A stretch of DNA of 64,000 nucleotides from positions 1,376,001 to 1,440,000 of the forward strand of contig OY762825.2 of assembly GCA_963666425.2 (NCBI GenBank), written 5' to 3'. Both the position numbers and the translations under genes were made by a program. The notes below the pieces were generated by a model. That model had not been told where the DNA came from, searched no databases, and saw only the letters and a list, made by a program, of their open reading frames with translations. The stretch's first letter is position 1. Each line of letters starts with the position of its first letter. Source of the stretch: Bacillota bacterium. Its GTDB lineage: Bacteria; Bacillota; JAAYKD01. This document shows positions 1 to 9,250 of the stretch, one piece after another.

Positions 1-270
1 CAGATTGTAGCCGGCTACCCCGAATACGAAAATAAGCTTGTCACGAAACTGCTGCAGATCGATGAACACCTTTTTCTCTTTAAGGGGGAGCCTTCGCCGG
101 AATGCACCAATGTGGCCAAAGAACAGATCATGGACTGCCTGGAGGCAATTTATCCACACTCTGGCTTGCAAAAGGAAATCCTGCTTTTTGTGCAGGCCAA
201 TCAGGAAAACAGCCGCAAAAAAGTCGCCGCTAAAGTAAGAAAATTCCTGAAAAAGCACGCAGCCGGTTAA
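1..270 (+). CDS. 3' end of a hypothetical protein (5'-truncated by the window)
   Basis: Frame 1 is open from base 1 to TAA at 268-270 (QIVAGYPEYENKLVTKLLQ...VRKFLKKHAAG*). Not in the ORF track. Confidence 0.7.
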   Translation, partial: QIVAGYPEYENKLVTKLLQIDEHLFLFKGEPSPECTNVAKEQIMDCLEAIYPHSGLQKEILLFVQANQENSRKKVAAKVRKFLKKHAAG

Positions 271-347
271 TTACTGAAGATGTCGTTTTGGTTGACTGTT
301 CCGCGCCATCAGCGCAGGATGCATAAGCCCTTGGGAGGTAAGCAACA

Positions 348-1139
348 ATGGGTGAGAAACTAGGTGCCTTAATCGGGATCGGCAACACAGCGGATGTATT
401 TGATTTTGGTCCCGGTAAAGTGGCGAAACTTTTCCATGCCGGCTATCCGCTGGCCAGTGTGCGCAAGGAATTCGAAAATTCCAGACTGCTGAACTCTTTG
501 GATGTTCTGACTCCCAAAAGTCATGAGCTGTTTCAGTTGGAAGATCGAATCGCGATTGTCTACGATAAAATATCCGGCGTCTCCCTGCTGGATCTGATCC
601 AGCAAACCAGAGATGTGAATCAATATGCGGTCGTTTTAGCGGATATTCATAAGAAAATTCTAAAGACACATCTGCCTTCCGCCGATCCGGCCAAAATGAT
701 CCTCAAAAGAAATATCGAGCATACCGCCGTCTTAACGGAACAGCAAAAAAACAAACTGTTCGAGATTCTGAAGGTTTTGCCGGAGGATCAGTGCTTTTGT
801 CACGGCGATTTCCACTTTGGCAATATCCTCTACGCAGAGGGCCAGTACTACCTGATTGATTTTATGAATATCTGTCAGGGTCATCCCTATTATGATATTG
901 CCAGAACCGTCTACCTGATCGAATTTACCCCGGTGCCGGCAAAAATTCCCGATCCGAATACTTTTCTTCAGCTGAAAAAGCAGGCAGCCGCGATCTATCT
1001 CCAGACGATGGCCATCAGCAGAGTAAACTTGACCCCCTGGCTGACTGTGATTGCCGCCGCCCGCCTGGCTGAACTCAGAAAATCACAAATACAGGAAAAA
1101 GACACTGCCCTGCAGTATTTATCGGCAAACGGAATCTAA
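348..1139 (+). CDS. Aminoglycoside phosphotransferase (APH)/choline-kinase-like family protein
   Basis: IGIGNTADV glycine-rich loop, CHGDFHFGNI Brenner motif, LIDF motif; SD GGGAGG upstream. Confidence 0.85.
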   Translation: MGEKLGALIGIGNTADVFDFGPGKVAKLFHAGYPLASVRKEFENSRLLNSLDVLTPKSHELFQLEDRIAIVYDKISGVSLLDLIQQTRDVNQYAVVLADIHKKILKTHLPSADPAKMILKRNIEHTAVLTEQQKNKLFEILKVLPEDQCFCHGDFHFGNILYAEGQYYLIDFMNICQGHPYYDIARTVYLIEFTPVPAKIPDPNTFLQLKKQAAAIYLQTMAISRVNLTPWLTVIAAARLAELRKSQIQEKDTALQYLSANGI

Positions 1140-1166
1140 ACAAAGCGGATACTTCCCCCGCAGATT

Positions 1167-1210
1167 AAAAATAGCAGTCTCACTCGAAGCGGTGAAACTG
1201 CTATTTTTTT
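1167..1210. terminator. Bidirectional intrinsic terminator
   Basis: AAAAATAGCAGT...ACTGCTATTTTTT hairpin between convergent genes. Confidence 0.8.
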
Positions 1211-1213
1211 GCT

Positions 1214-2368
1214 TTATACCACAGAAGGTTCCACGAATAAATTCCCCTTGGCAAAACGATCGATATTCAGCGTATTCAGAATATCCAGGTCGGGATGGTC
1301 AAGCCCTAAAATATGGGCCGCCATCAGACGGCCGGTCATCGGCGCGATCATAAAGCCATGACCGGAAAAACCGAGCGCCATTTCAAAACCTTTTAATTGA
1401 CTGGTGCTGCCTAAGATCGGCGTACGATCAGGCGTCAGGTGATAGAGCCCGGCCCATTGCCGCACCACCCGCAGGTAACGCAGCGGCGGCAGCATGGCGG
1501 TGATCTTATCGGACATATTTTTCAGAAATTCCCAGGTGCTCATGATATCGTGACTGTGCGGTTCGTTAAAATCGCCCAAACCCATAATGAACGACCCTTG
1601 AGGAGACTGCTGGCAATAGGTATTATGATGGAAACTCATCACCATGCAGCTCTGGAAGGCTTCCACCGGCTCCGTAACTAGAATTTGATGCCGTTCGGAG
1701 TAGCTGGGGATCTTCACTCCGGCCATCTCGGCTATCTGATCGGCATAACCGCCGGCGGCGTCCACCACGATATTGGTCGAGATTTCACCCTGATCGGTAA
1801 TAACACCCTTGACCGCTCCGTTTTCTGTTTTAATACCGGTTACGGTAGTAAAGGTATTGATTTCCACCCCTAAACGGCGGGCAGCATCCGCGAAAGCCTG
1901 CGTGACATGAAAAGGATTGCAATGACCGTCCTTTTGATAGAAGGTCGCGCCCATCAGCGGTTCAATGTTCAGATGAGGCACAATCTGCTTGGCTTCCTGG
2001 GGATTGAGAAATTTGGAGGCGATACCCAGACTGTTTTGCAATTTTACATTTTGACGGAACTGCTCTACCTGATGATCGGTATAAGCAACCAGGAGATAGC
2101 CGCCCTGATGGAATTCAATATCTCCGTCATATTCCAGTTCTTCATTCATGTTTTCCAGATCACGGCAGGAACCGGTGGAAAGACGGCAATTCATCTCGGT
2201 ACCCCATTGCTGGCGGACACCGGCGCCGCAGCGTCCGGTTGAGCCGGAAGCCAGATGACTTCTTTCTAAGACGACAACATCTTTACAGCCGTTTTTGGCC
2301 AGATGATAAGCAATGGCGCAGCCGTTGACGCCGCCGCCAATGATGACTACTTCCGCTTTATTCTTCAC
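1214..2368 (-). CDS. FAD-dependent oxidoreductase, DAO family (sarcosine oxidase beta / dye-linked L-proline dehydrogenase beta-like)
   Basis: IIGGGVNG FAD motif, GSTGRCGAGVRQQW, TPDRTPILG, GFSGHGFMIAP. Start moved to GTG 2368 behind SD GAGGAGG. Confidence 0.9.
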   Translation of the reverse strand: MKNKAEVVIIGGGVNGCAIAYHLAKNGCKDVVVLERSHLASGSTGRCGAGVRQQWGTEMNCRLSTGSCRDLENMNEELEYDGDIEFHQGGYLLVAYTDHQVEQFRQNVKLQNSLGIASKFLNPQEAKQIVPHLNIEPLMGATFYQKDGHCNPFHVTQAFADAARRLGVEINTFTTVTGIKTENGAVKGVITDQGEISTNIVVDAAGGYADQIAEMAGVKIPSYSERHQILVTEPVEAFQSCMVMSFHHNTYCQQSPQGSFIMGLGDFNEPHSHDIMSTWEFLKNMSDKITAMLPPLRYLRVVRQWAGLYHLTPDRTPILGSTSQLKGFEMALGFSGHGFMIAPMTGRLMAAHILGLDHPDLDILNTLNIDRFAKGNLFVEPSVV

Positions 2369-2666
2369 GGGGTTGTCCCTCCTCGTCAAGCTGCATATCC
2401 GCAATGGCACCGAGGGTGATTCCCCTTAATGGCTGACGGAATGTCGGCAGTTTAATCTCACTGACCGGTTGACCGGTCTTGGCAGCGATCTCCTGCATGA
2501 TCAGCTGACGGCAAGTTCTGCCCTGGCAGGGACCCATGGTTGCCCGGCTTAGGCGTTTCATCTCATCGATGGTCGTAATACCTCTTTCAATCCAGGCATC
2601 GATTTCCGCACGGGTAATATCTTCGCAACGGCAGATGATGGTATCATCGGGTTGAACATTTTTCAT
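2358..2666 (-). CDS. BFD-like (2Fe-2S)-binding subunit
   Basis: ICRCEDIT...TMGPCQGRTC motif. Confidence 0.85.
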   Translation of the reverse strand: MKNVQPDDTIICRCEDITRAEIDAWIERGITTIDEMKRLSRATMGPCQGRTCRQLIMQEIAAKTGQPVSEIKLPTFRQPLRGITLGAIADMQLDEEGQPREE

Positions 2667-3160
2667 TATTTGACTGCCTCCTTTTTGCGAAAATTGCGCA
2701 CTTGCATGGCCAGCTGTTTTTCAACTTCCAACCAGACCAAACGGGTGCGGTCCTGCGCTTTGCTGTCCTGCACACGCAGTACCTTCGCATCGCCGAGCGT
2801 GGCGCCATCGCGTCCGAGCGCTGTGACGATTTCATCCACAGCCGGCAGAGGCAGGAATTCGTAAGGCAGTTTGACGACAGCCCGATCCGGTTGGCTGAGA
2901 TCGATCACAAAAATAGCCAATCCCGGACAATTTGCCACACAGACACCGCAGCCGCTGCATTTTTCCCAATGGATCACCGGTAATTCATTGATATCATTGC
3001 CTCGTTCGATCGCACCAAAGGGGCAGCTGGTCGCACAAGGATTGCAGGGGATTTTTTGAAAACACTCTATCATTGCGCAGGGGCCTTTCGCCAAACGTTC
3101 CGCCGGCGGCGTAACCTTGGCTAAATCTTCCGCGGTAGGGATCCCGTTCTCTTGTAACAT
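2666..3160 (-). CDS. 4Fe-4S ferredoxin-domain subunit
   Basis: CFQKIPCNPCATSCP and CSGCGVCVANCP clusters. Confidence 0.9.
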   Translation of the reverse strand: MLQENGIPTAEDLAKVTPPAERLAKGPCAMIECFQKIPCNPCATSCPFGAIERGNDINELPVIHWEKCSGCGVCVANCPGLAIFVIDLSQPDRAVVKLPYEFLPLPAVDEIVTALGRDGATLGDAKVLRVQDSKAQDRTRLVWLEVEKQLAMQVRNFRKKEAVK

Positions 3161-3175
3161 TTGTCTGCCTCCTCT

Positions 3176-4255
3176 CTAGTTCGCCGATAATTTGCTCAAG
3201 CCGGAGCGGATTTTTTCACCCACCGGACCGGAACGCAAATCATTGAGTTGAACTTCAAATTCACTTCTCAGTTTTTCTGCTGCTTCACCGCCGTAACCCA
3301 GGGCAATGGCGGCGTTCAGGCCTGCCAAAGAACCTTCCACCATGGCAGAAGAAGCTTCTTCGATGCCGGCCACATCGCCGGCCAGATAGATGCCTTCCAC
3401 ACTGGTCTGCAGATCTTTGCCGCGCACCGCTGTATGACCGCCCAATTCCGGGATGAATTTCATCTCGCAGCCGCACTGCCAGAGCAGATCGGCAAAGGGA
3501 GTCAAGCCAACCGCCAGACAAATGGCGTCACAGGCAATGGTTTGCTCCGTACCAGCGATCGGCTGCCATTTCTCGTCCAATTGCTGAATCACCGCACCGG
3601 TAACGCTTTCTTTCCCCAAGGCTGTCTGGATGGAATGACGTGTGAGAATGGGAACACCGGCACGACGAATTTTAGCTGCATGCACCAAATAACCGCCGAT
3701 GCGCGGACTGGCATCCAAAATAGCGGCAACTTCCACGCCGGCCTGCATTAACTGATAACTGACAATTAAGCCAATATTACCGGCGCCAACCATCAATACC
3801 CGCTGTGCCGGTTTAACACCATAAACATTCATTAGAGTCTGCACTGCGCCGGCGCCATAAACACCGGGCAGATCATTGTTGGGAAAGGCGAGCATCTTTT
3901 CGCCGGCTCCGGTCGCGATGACCATTTTTTGGGGATGAATCACTTTAAAATGGTCCTGGTCGTCAATGGTGACCGAGCCGTCTTCATAACGTCCCAAGAC
4001 CATGACATTGGTCTTGATTTCTACATTGGGCAGCTGACGCAATTCTTCCTGCAGCATTGCCGCAATATCGATGCCGCGGGTACCGGCATGCTGTTTTTGA
4101 GAACCGAAAAACATATGGGTCTGCTTGACTAATTGGCCGCCCAACAGGTCGTCTCCTTCGAACAGGGTCACTTGTGCACCCAGGCGGCCTGCCTGCAGTG
4201 CGGCACAGAGACCGGCCGGACCGCCGCCCACGATGACTATTTCTTTTCGTACCAT
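3176..4255 (-). CDS. NAD(P)/FAD-dependent oxidoreductase (sarcosine oxidase alpha / proline dehydrogenase alpha-like)
   Basis: VGGGPAG, ATGA, VGAGNIG and YLAGD motifs of pyridine nucleotide-disulfide oxidoreductases. Confidence 0.9.
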   Translation of the reverse strand: MVRKEIVIVGGGPAGLCAALQAGRLGAQVTLFEGDDLLGGQLVKQTHMFFGSQKQHAGTRGIDIAAMLQEELRQLPNVEIKTNVMVLGRYEDGSVTIDDQDHFKVIHPQKMVIATGAGEKMLAFPNNDLPGVYGAGAVQTLMNVYGVKPAQRVLMVGAGNIGLIVSYQLMQAGVEVAAILDASPRIGGYLVHAAKIRRAGVPILTRHSIQTALGKESVTGAVIQQLDEKWQPIAGTEQTIACDAICLAVGLTPFADLLWQCGCEMKFIPELGGHTAVRGKDLQTSVEGIYLAGDVAGIEEASSAMVEGSLAGLNAAIALGYGGEAAEKLRSEFEVQLNDLRSGPVGEKIRSGLSKLSAN

Positions 4256-4557
4256 CCCAGGTCTCCTTTCCCTTTCTGACTCGCCACAGTCATACCGTCA
4301 TGCACTTTGGTAATGCATATTTTCACATTGGGTCTGCCGTCAACCACCATCATACAGGATGAGCATTGCCCGATTGCACAGAACAAACCGCGCGGACGGT
4401 GCAGATTGTGACTGTCGCTCAAATGATAAACGTCTGCCGCATGCAAAGCTGCAGCAACCGTTTCTCCCTCATATGCCGGCAAAGGCTGACCATTAAATGT
4501 AATGGTCACTTGCGGGCCGCGGGAGAAATTTAGTATCGGATGTTCCTCAAGACGCAT
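4237..4557 (-). CDS. (2Fe-2S)-binding protein (Fer2_4), first gene of the dehydrogenase operon
   Basis: GETVAAAL...RGLFCAIGQCSSC...C motif; ATG 4557 follows SD GGAGGAGG. An alternative in-frame GTG lies at 4665. Confidence 0.85.
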   Translation of the reverse strand: MRLEEHPILNFSRGPQVTITFNGQPLPAYEGETVAAALHAADVYHLSDSHNLHRPRGLFCAIGQCSSCMMVVDGRPNVKICITKVHDGMTVASQKGKGDLGWYEKK

Positions 4558-4948
4558 AGACTCCCTCCTCCTACTGTCGGGAAAAGCGATTTTACAAAAA
4601 ATAAACAACAATCGCTTCACTCGGTGAAAAGATTCACTAACTGACATGAAATTCGTGCTTTCCACCGCTGACTCCTCCTAAACAACGGGTCTTTCATTGT
4701 GATGTAAATCGAGATGAAAGAGTACTATTTCAATCTATTTTAGGTGATCAAGCTAAAATACGTCTTAATCTGCACAAAAATGCAAAACCTGCCAAATAAA
4801 AACGGTATTTCGTGGTTGTGCTTTGCGGCTGCAGCCGCAAAGCAGGCTGTGTTTTGAGCAGCTTCGTCAGCAGAGATAATTTCTTTAGAAAACCGCGCTT
4901 GGTTTTGCAGGAATAACCGATTTGTTACACGAATCTGTTCCTTACTTT

Positions 4949-4995
4949 TTACTATATATCGTATGCTTTCTATCTCAAGATACGAAATGTAGTGG
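4949..4995 (+). promoter_or_regulatory. Tandem NrdR boxes
   Basis: TTACTATATATCGTAT (4949-4964) and ATACGAAATGTAGTGG (4980-4995) fit acaCwAtATaTwGtg, start 31 bp apart, and lie directly upstream of nrdG. Confidence 0.8.
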
Positions 4996-5034
4996 TTTTT
5001 GGTTAATTTTGCTAAATGAAAGAAGGTAAGCCTC

Positions 5035-5532
5035 TTGCGCATTGCTCAGTCTCCTGACAGCCCGCTGCCGGAATCTTTGGTCGATGGCCCGGGTTTACGT
5101 CTTGTTTTATTTCTTGCAGGCTGTCGGCATGCCTGTCCCGGCTGTCATAATGCCTGGCTGCAGGATTTTCAGGCCGGTCAGGAAGCTGCGATAGAAGCGA
5201 TCTGCCAACGCATTGTCAGTCAATATCAACCGGGTTGGCACGATGGCCTGACTATTTCCGGCGGAGATCCCCTGGAGCAGCCGGCAGAGCTTGCCCGCTT
5301 GCTGCGTCTGCTGAAAGAAAAAATCCCCGCGCTCAATCTCTGGCTTTATACCGGTTATTTATACGAGGAGATTCAGCATTTGGAGGCGCTCAACTATCTG
5401 GATGCGCTGGTGGACGGACCTTTTCTGCAACAGCGGGTCAACGAAGGGCAGCTCTTCCGCGGTTCCGGCAATCAGCGTATTTTTTATTTGCGCCGCGGCA
5501 TACCGATCCATCAAAACGAAAACAGAGAATGA
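5035..5532 (+). CDS. nrdG: Anaerobic ribonucleotide reductase activating enzyme
   Basis: SLVDGPGLR, CRHACPGCHN radical SAM motif, SGGDP, DGPF...RGSGNQR. Confidence 0.95.
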   Translation: MRIAQSPDSPLPESLVDGPGLRLVLFLAGCRHACPGCHNAWLQDFQAGQEAAIEAICQRIVSQYQPGWHDGLTISGGDPLEQPAELARLLRLLKEKIPALNLWLYTGYLYEEIQHLEALNYLDALVDGPFLQQRVNEGQLFRGSGNQRIFYLRRGIPIHQNENRE

Positions 5533-5548
5533 ACAGGAGGCAGTTTTT

Positions 5549-7753
5549 TTGAAAAAAATTATTAAACGGGACGGCCGTTCTGTCAATTTTAACAGCATTA
5601 AGATTTACGAAGCCATGGAAAAAGCGTTCAAAGCCAGCAACACAGACGCCGATTCTCAGCAACTCTTACTGCTCACCCATCAAATTGTGGAACAATTACC
5701 CGGTGATGAATGTACTGTTGAAGAAGTGCAGGATCTGGTCGAGCAAACGCTGATGCGCAATGCTTATTATGAAGTGGCCAAAACCTATATTATTTACCGC
5801 GAACAGCGTTCCAAAGCCAGAGACCAACGCCATAAACGCAACCGCGTGATCAGCAACATTGTCAAGCTGACGGATCGGGAAAACGCCAATGTCGGCAACG
5901 GGCCCAGTTCTAAACTTTTGCAGCTGGCAGAAGTCATCGGACGTGAATTTATGGAAACCAATCTGACCGATCCGGATGTTTTAGCAGCCATGCGTGAAAA
6001 CATCCTCTATGCGCACGACTACAGTTGGGGACCGATCGGCACCACCACCTGCTGCTTTATTCCTTTGGGCAAATTGCTGAGCAACGGCTTCAATACCGGA
6101 CATGGTTTTATCCGCTCTCCCAAACGCATCAAAGCGGCCGCCGCTTTGGTTGCCATCATTCTGCAATCCGATCAAAACGATCAGCATGGCGGTCAGGCTT
6201 ATGGCTGGTTCGATCGCGATCTGGCGCCTTATGTGGAGAAAGAATACCTTTGGCAGCGGAAAGATTTACACCGGACTCTGACGGAAACGGGTTTTGCCGA
6301 TCAAATGCCTGGGGAAGATACGCTGGCAAGAATCGCTTGGCAGAAAACCGAAGAGGAAACGCTGCAAGCCATGGAAGCCCTGATCCATAACCTGAATACG
6401 ATGCACAGCCGAGCCGGAGCGCAGGTCCCCTTCTGTTCCATCAATATCGGCACCGACATCAGCCGCGGCGGACGCTTGATCATCAAGACCCTGCTGCAAG
6501 CCTATGAAAATGGCTTGGGCAAACACGAACAGCCCATTTTCCCGAATATCCTCTGGAAATTGAAAGCCGGCGTCTCCGTTGATCCGGGCGATCCCAATTA
6601 TGATCTGTTTCAAATGGCCGTGCAGGTATCCTCTACCCGGCTTTTCCCCAGCTTTGTCAATCAGGATGCCAGTTTTAACCGCGATTTTCCGGAAGACGTA
6701 CCAACCATGGGCTGCCGCACCCGCGTCGCTTGGGATGTCAATGCGCCTGCGTTTGAGCAAACCTGCGAAGGCCGCGGCAATCTTTCCTTTACCACTCTGA
6801 TTTTACCCAGTATGGCTTTAAAAGCACGGCATCAGGAAAATCATAGCGAGCTGATCGCTAAGGGTAAACTACTGGCGGAAAATTACAAGATTCCCGCCAA
6901 GAGCCCCGTAGAATACGTCTATTTGGCCTTATTGGATCAATATGTCGCGCTTGCTGTCAAGCAATTGATGGAACGCTTGGCTTATCAGTCTTCCTTCGTC
7001 AAAGAAGACTTCCCCTTCCTGATGAATGGGGTCTGGAAACGCAGCGAAACCATTCCTGCCGGCGGTACAGTCGGTGACGTGCTCCGGCACGGAACCTTAA
7101 GCGTCGGTTTTATCGGTCTGGCCGAAGCGCTGACGGCCATCTCCGGCCAGCATCACGGACAAAGCGAAGCGGCGCAGGAATTGGGCTTAAGCTTGATCCG
7201 CTTTATGCGCACAAAGCTGGATGAAGCAACCGAAGACTATCACTTGAACTTCAGTTTACTGGCTACGCCTGCCGAAGGTCTGGCCGGAAAATCAATCGCC
7301 CGCGATACCGCCATTTACGGTATGCTTGCAGGTATTACCGATAAAGAATGGTATACCAATTCCTTTCACATTCCGGTGGAGTATCCCATTTCAATCTACG
7401 AGAAAATCAGCAAAGAAGGTCCTTACCACAAATACTGCAATGCCGGTCATATCAGCTACATCGAACTGGATTGCAGCCCCAAGGACAATCTGCCTGCCGT
7501 GGAAAAAATCATTCAGGCAATGCGCGAGCAGGACATGGGTTATATGTCGATTAATTTCCCGGTCGACCGCTGCCGCGACTGCCAGTATCAGGGCTACATC
7601 GACGACACTTGCCCCGCCTGTGGCAGCACGAACATCGCGCATATTCGCCGCATCACCGGCTACTTGGCCGATTTGTCCAACTTCAATGCCGGCAAACGTG
7701 CCGAAGAAAAACATCGTATCAAACACAGCCGCTATACACCGAACCCTGATTAA
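5549..7753 (+). CDS. nrdD: Class III anaerobic ribonucleoside-triphosphate reductase with N-terminal ATP cone
   Basis: IIKRDGR ATP cone, MGCRT, TPAEGL, YTNSFH, CRDC/CPACG Zn site, RRITGYL glycyl-radical motif. TTG 5549 follows SD CAGGAGG. Confidence 0.95.
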   Translation: MKKIIKRDGRSVNFNSIKIYEAMEKAFKASNTDADSQQLLLLTHQIVEQLPGDECTVEEVQDLVEQTLMRNAYYEVAKTYIIYREQRSKARDQRHKRNRVISNIVKLTDRENANVGNGPSSKLLQLAEVIGREFMETNLTDPDVLAAMRENILYAHDYSWGPIGTTTCCFIPLGKLLSNGFNTGHGFIRSPKRIKAAAALVAIILQSDQNDQHGGQAYGWFDRDLAPYVEKEYLWQRKDLHRTLTETGFADQMPGEDTLARIAWQKTEEETLQAMEALIHNLNTMHSRAGAQVPFCSINIGTDISRGGRLIIKTLLQAYENGLGKHEQPIFPNILWKLKAGVSVDPGDPNYDLFQMAVQVSSTRLFPSFVNQDASFNRDFPEDVPTMGCRTRVAWDVNAPAFEQTCEGRGNLSFTTLILPSMALKARHQENHSELIAKGKLLAENYKIPAKSPVEYVYLALLDQYVALAVKQLMERLAYQSSFVKEDFPFLMNGVWKRSETIPAGGTVGDVLRHGTLSVGFIGLAEALTAISGQHHGQSEAAQELGLSLIRFMRTKLDEATEDYHLNFSLLATPAEGLAGKSIARDTAIYGMLAGITDKEWYTNSFHIPVEYPISIYEKISKEGPYHKYCNAGHISYIELDCSPKDNLPAVEKIIQAMREQDMGYMSINFPVDRCRDCQYQGYIDDTCPACGSTNIAHIRRITGYLADLSNFNAGKRAEEKHRIKHSRYTPNPD

Positions 7754-7838
7754 CAATTAACCATGAAAAAGCCCCGAAGCACAGCTGGTTGGTATGCTCC
7801 CTCTATGAGAGACAGTGAAATAAAAACCACTGTTAAAA

Positions 7839-8112
7839 ATCATCGGCATGGCTGGGGCCAGCACCGACTGCGAAATGATGGAGCAAATCGGAATTGACGT
7901 GCTTCCCGCATATTGAAATTCTGGGGTAGCTGCAGTCTTAACCAATCATCTTACCATTGAGGTGCAAAAACACAGCAAGATACCCTATTATGGGACGGCA
8001 TCGAGCAATAGAACCTCACAGCGCGTAGCGCATCGAACAGAATTTCAACCGGCATGGGTTTCTTGTGTATCGAGGTAGGTTTGATGGGATTTTGACAGCA
8101 GCAACGGGCTGA
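7839..8112 (+). pseudogene. GNAT N-acetyltransferase remnant (5' half missing, internal stop, probable frameshift)
   Basis: Reads IIGMAGASTDCEMMEQIGIDVLPAY*NSGVAAVLTNHLTIEVQKHSKIPYYGTASSNRTSQRVAHRTEFQPAWV with TGA at 7914-7916. A shifted frame continues VYRGRFDGILTAATG* to 8112. Confidence 0.75.
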
Positions 8113-8122
8113 GGAGGATCAG

Positions 8123-8875
8123 ATGAAAAAGAACATAAAAATGGTTGTCACAGACCTTGATAATACTCTGCTGCGCCGCGACAAAACAATTAGTGACTAC
8201 ACCGTTTCCGTATTCCAACGTGTGCGGGAGTGCGGAGTGCTGACTGTGTTTGCGACGGCGCGTAATGTAGTAAGTTCGCAGGATTACCGTAACGTACTAA
8301 ATCCTGACGGCGATATACTTATCGGCGGTTGTTTAGTCTTTGTGGGCGGTCAATTACTTCGAAGCTATTATTTACCTGAACCGCACGGCGCAAACTTACT
8401 CGCCGAGCTTGCTACATATTCGTCAATAAAACGCATATCCGCGCGTTCGCTCAACGCGAGTTATTCCAATATACCGTTAGAAGGTCGAATCTGTGTAAAT
8501 TTTCAATCTCCATTGCCCGAAAACCTCTTGCATTGCTCCTGTCGCACCGACGATGATAGCTTAATGCGAGAAGTTATGGCGCGTCACCCTGAATTGAGAT
8601 TTATGCGAGTTAGCGACGAGGACTTATACGATGTAAATCCCAGAGACGCTACAAAATTGAATGGTATTTACGTTCTCTGTGAATATTTTGGTATTCATCT
8701 ATCGGAAGTTGCTGCGTTTGGCGACGACTTTAATGATATCGAAATGCTCCGTGAGTGCGGTGTGGGCGTGGCGATGTCGAACGCCATAGATGAGTGCAAA
8801 GCTGTTGCCGACTATGTTTGCGGTGACTGCGATAAAGATGGCGTGGCGCGGTGGTTGAAGGAAAATGTTTTATGA
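8123..8875 (+). CDS. Cof-type HAD-IIB hydrolase
   Basis: DLDNTLL, ATAR, TKLNG, FGDDFNDIEML motifs; SD GAGGAGG. Confidence 0.9.
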   Translation: MKKNIKMVVTDLDNTLLRRDKTISDYTVSVFQRVRECGVLTVFATARNVVSSQDYRNVLNPDGDILIGGCLVFVGGQLLRSYYLPEPHGANLLAELATYSSIKRISARSLNASYSNIPLEGRICVNFQSPLPENLLHCSCRTDDDSLMREVMARHPELRFMRVSDEDLYDVNPRDATKLNGIYVLCEYFGIHLSEVAAFGDDFNDIEMLRECGVGVAMSNAIDECKAVADYVCGDCDKDGVARWLKENVL

Positions 8876-9042
8876 TACTATCAGGGAAAGAAATTCAGAA
8901 GCAGACGAAAATCGGGAATATCGAGATTGACCCCTATGACGAGAAGCTCATCAATCCAAACAGCTATCATCTTCGGCATTCCAAGCCGGCAGATTATCAC
9001 AAACGTCGGGCGATTTTAACGTCGATAAAAACACACTTGTAG
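8872..9042 (+). pseudogene. dcd: Truncated dCTP deaminase (N-terminal ~35 aa only)
   Basis: MILSGKEIQKQTKIGNIEIDPYDEKLINPNSYHLR matches the Dcd N-terminus, then similarity ends. ATGA overlap with the HAD stop. Confidence 0.7.
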
Positions 9043-9087
9043 ATACATATCTTTTATGTATGGAAAAAAACAATGACGAATGCAACA

Positions 9088-9128
9088 GCAGAACGCCAGC
9101 CACAAAATCGTGACTGACGTTCTGCTTT
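9088..9128 (+). terminator. Stem-loop near the right end of the insert
   Basis: GCAGAACGCCAGCCAC...GTGACTGACGTTCTGC followed by TTT. Confidence 0.5.
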
Positions 9129-9250
9129 CCTTGTCGTCCCGGACCGGTTACCCCCTCGGTTCAGTAATTGTACCTATGGGCGATAACCCTTGTGCATCGG
9201 GGCTTTTTGTTGTGTTGACAGGCGATGCTGTTGGCACGCTGCCGCATCTG

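Larger units (their letters stand above)
7766..9208. mobile_element. Degenerate ~1.4-kb insertion bounded by the two arms of an inverted repeat
   Basis: AAAAAGCCCCGAAGCACA (7766-7783) pairs 17/18 with TGTGCATCGGGGCTTTTT (9191-9208). Encloses two pseudogenes and a HAD gene; no transposase seen. Confidence 0.55.

Noticed and set aside
4781-4795. Possible sigma54 promoter TGGCAGGTTTTGCA (minus strand)
   Set aside because: GG-GC spacing is 8 nt, not the required 10.
5402-5548. N-terminal extension of NrdD in the ORF track
   Set aside because: It overlaps nrdG; the SD and ATP-cone start point to TTG 5549.
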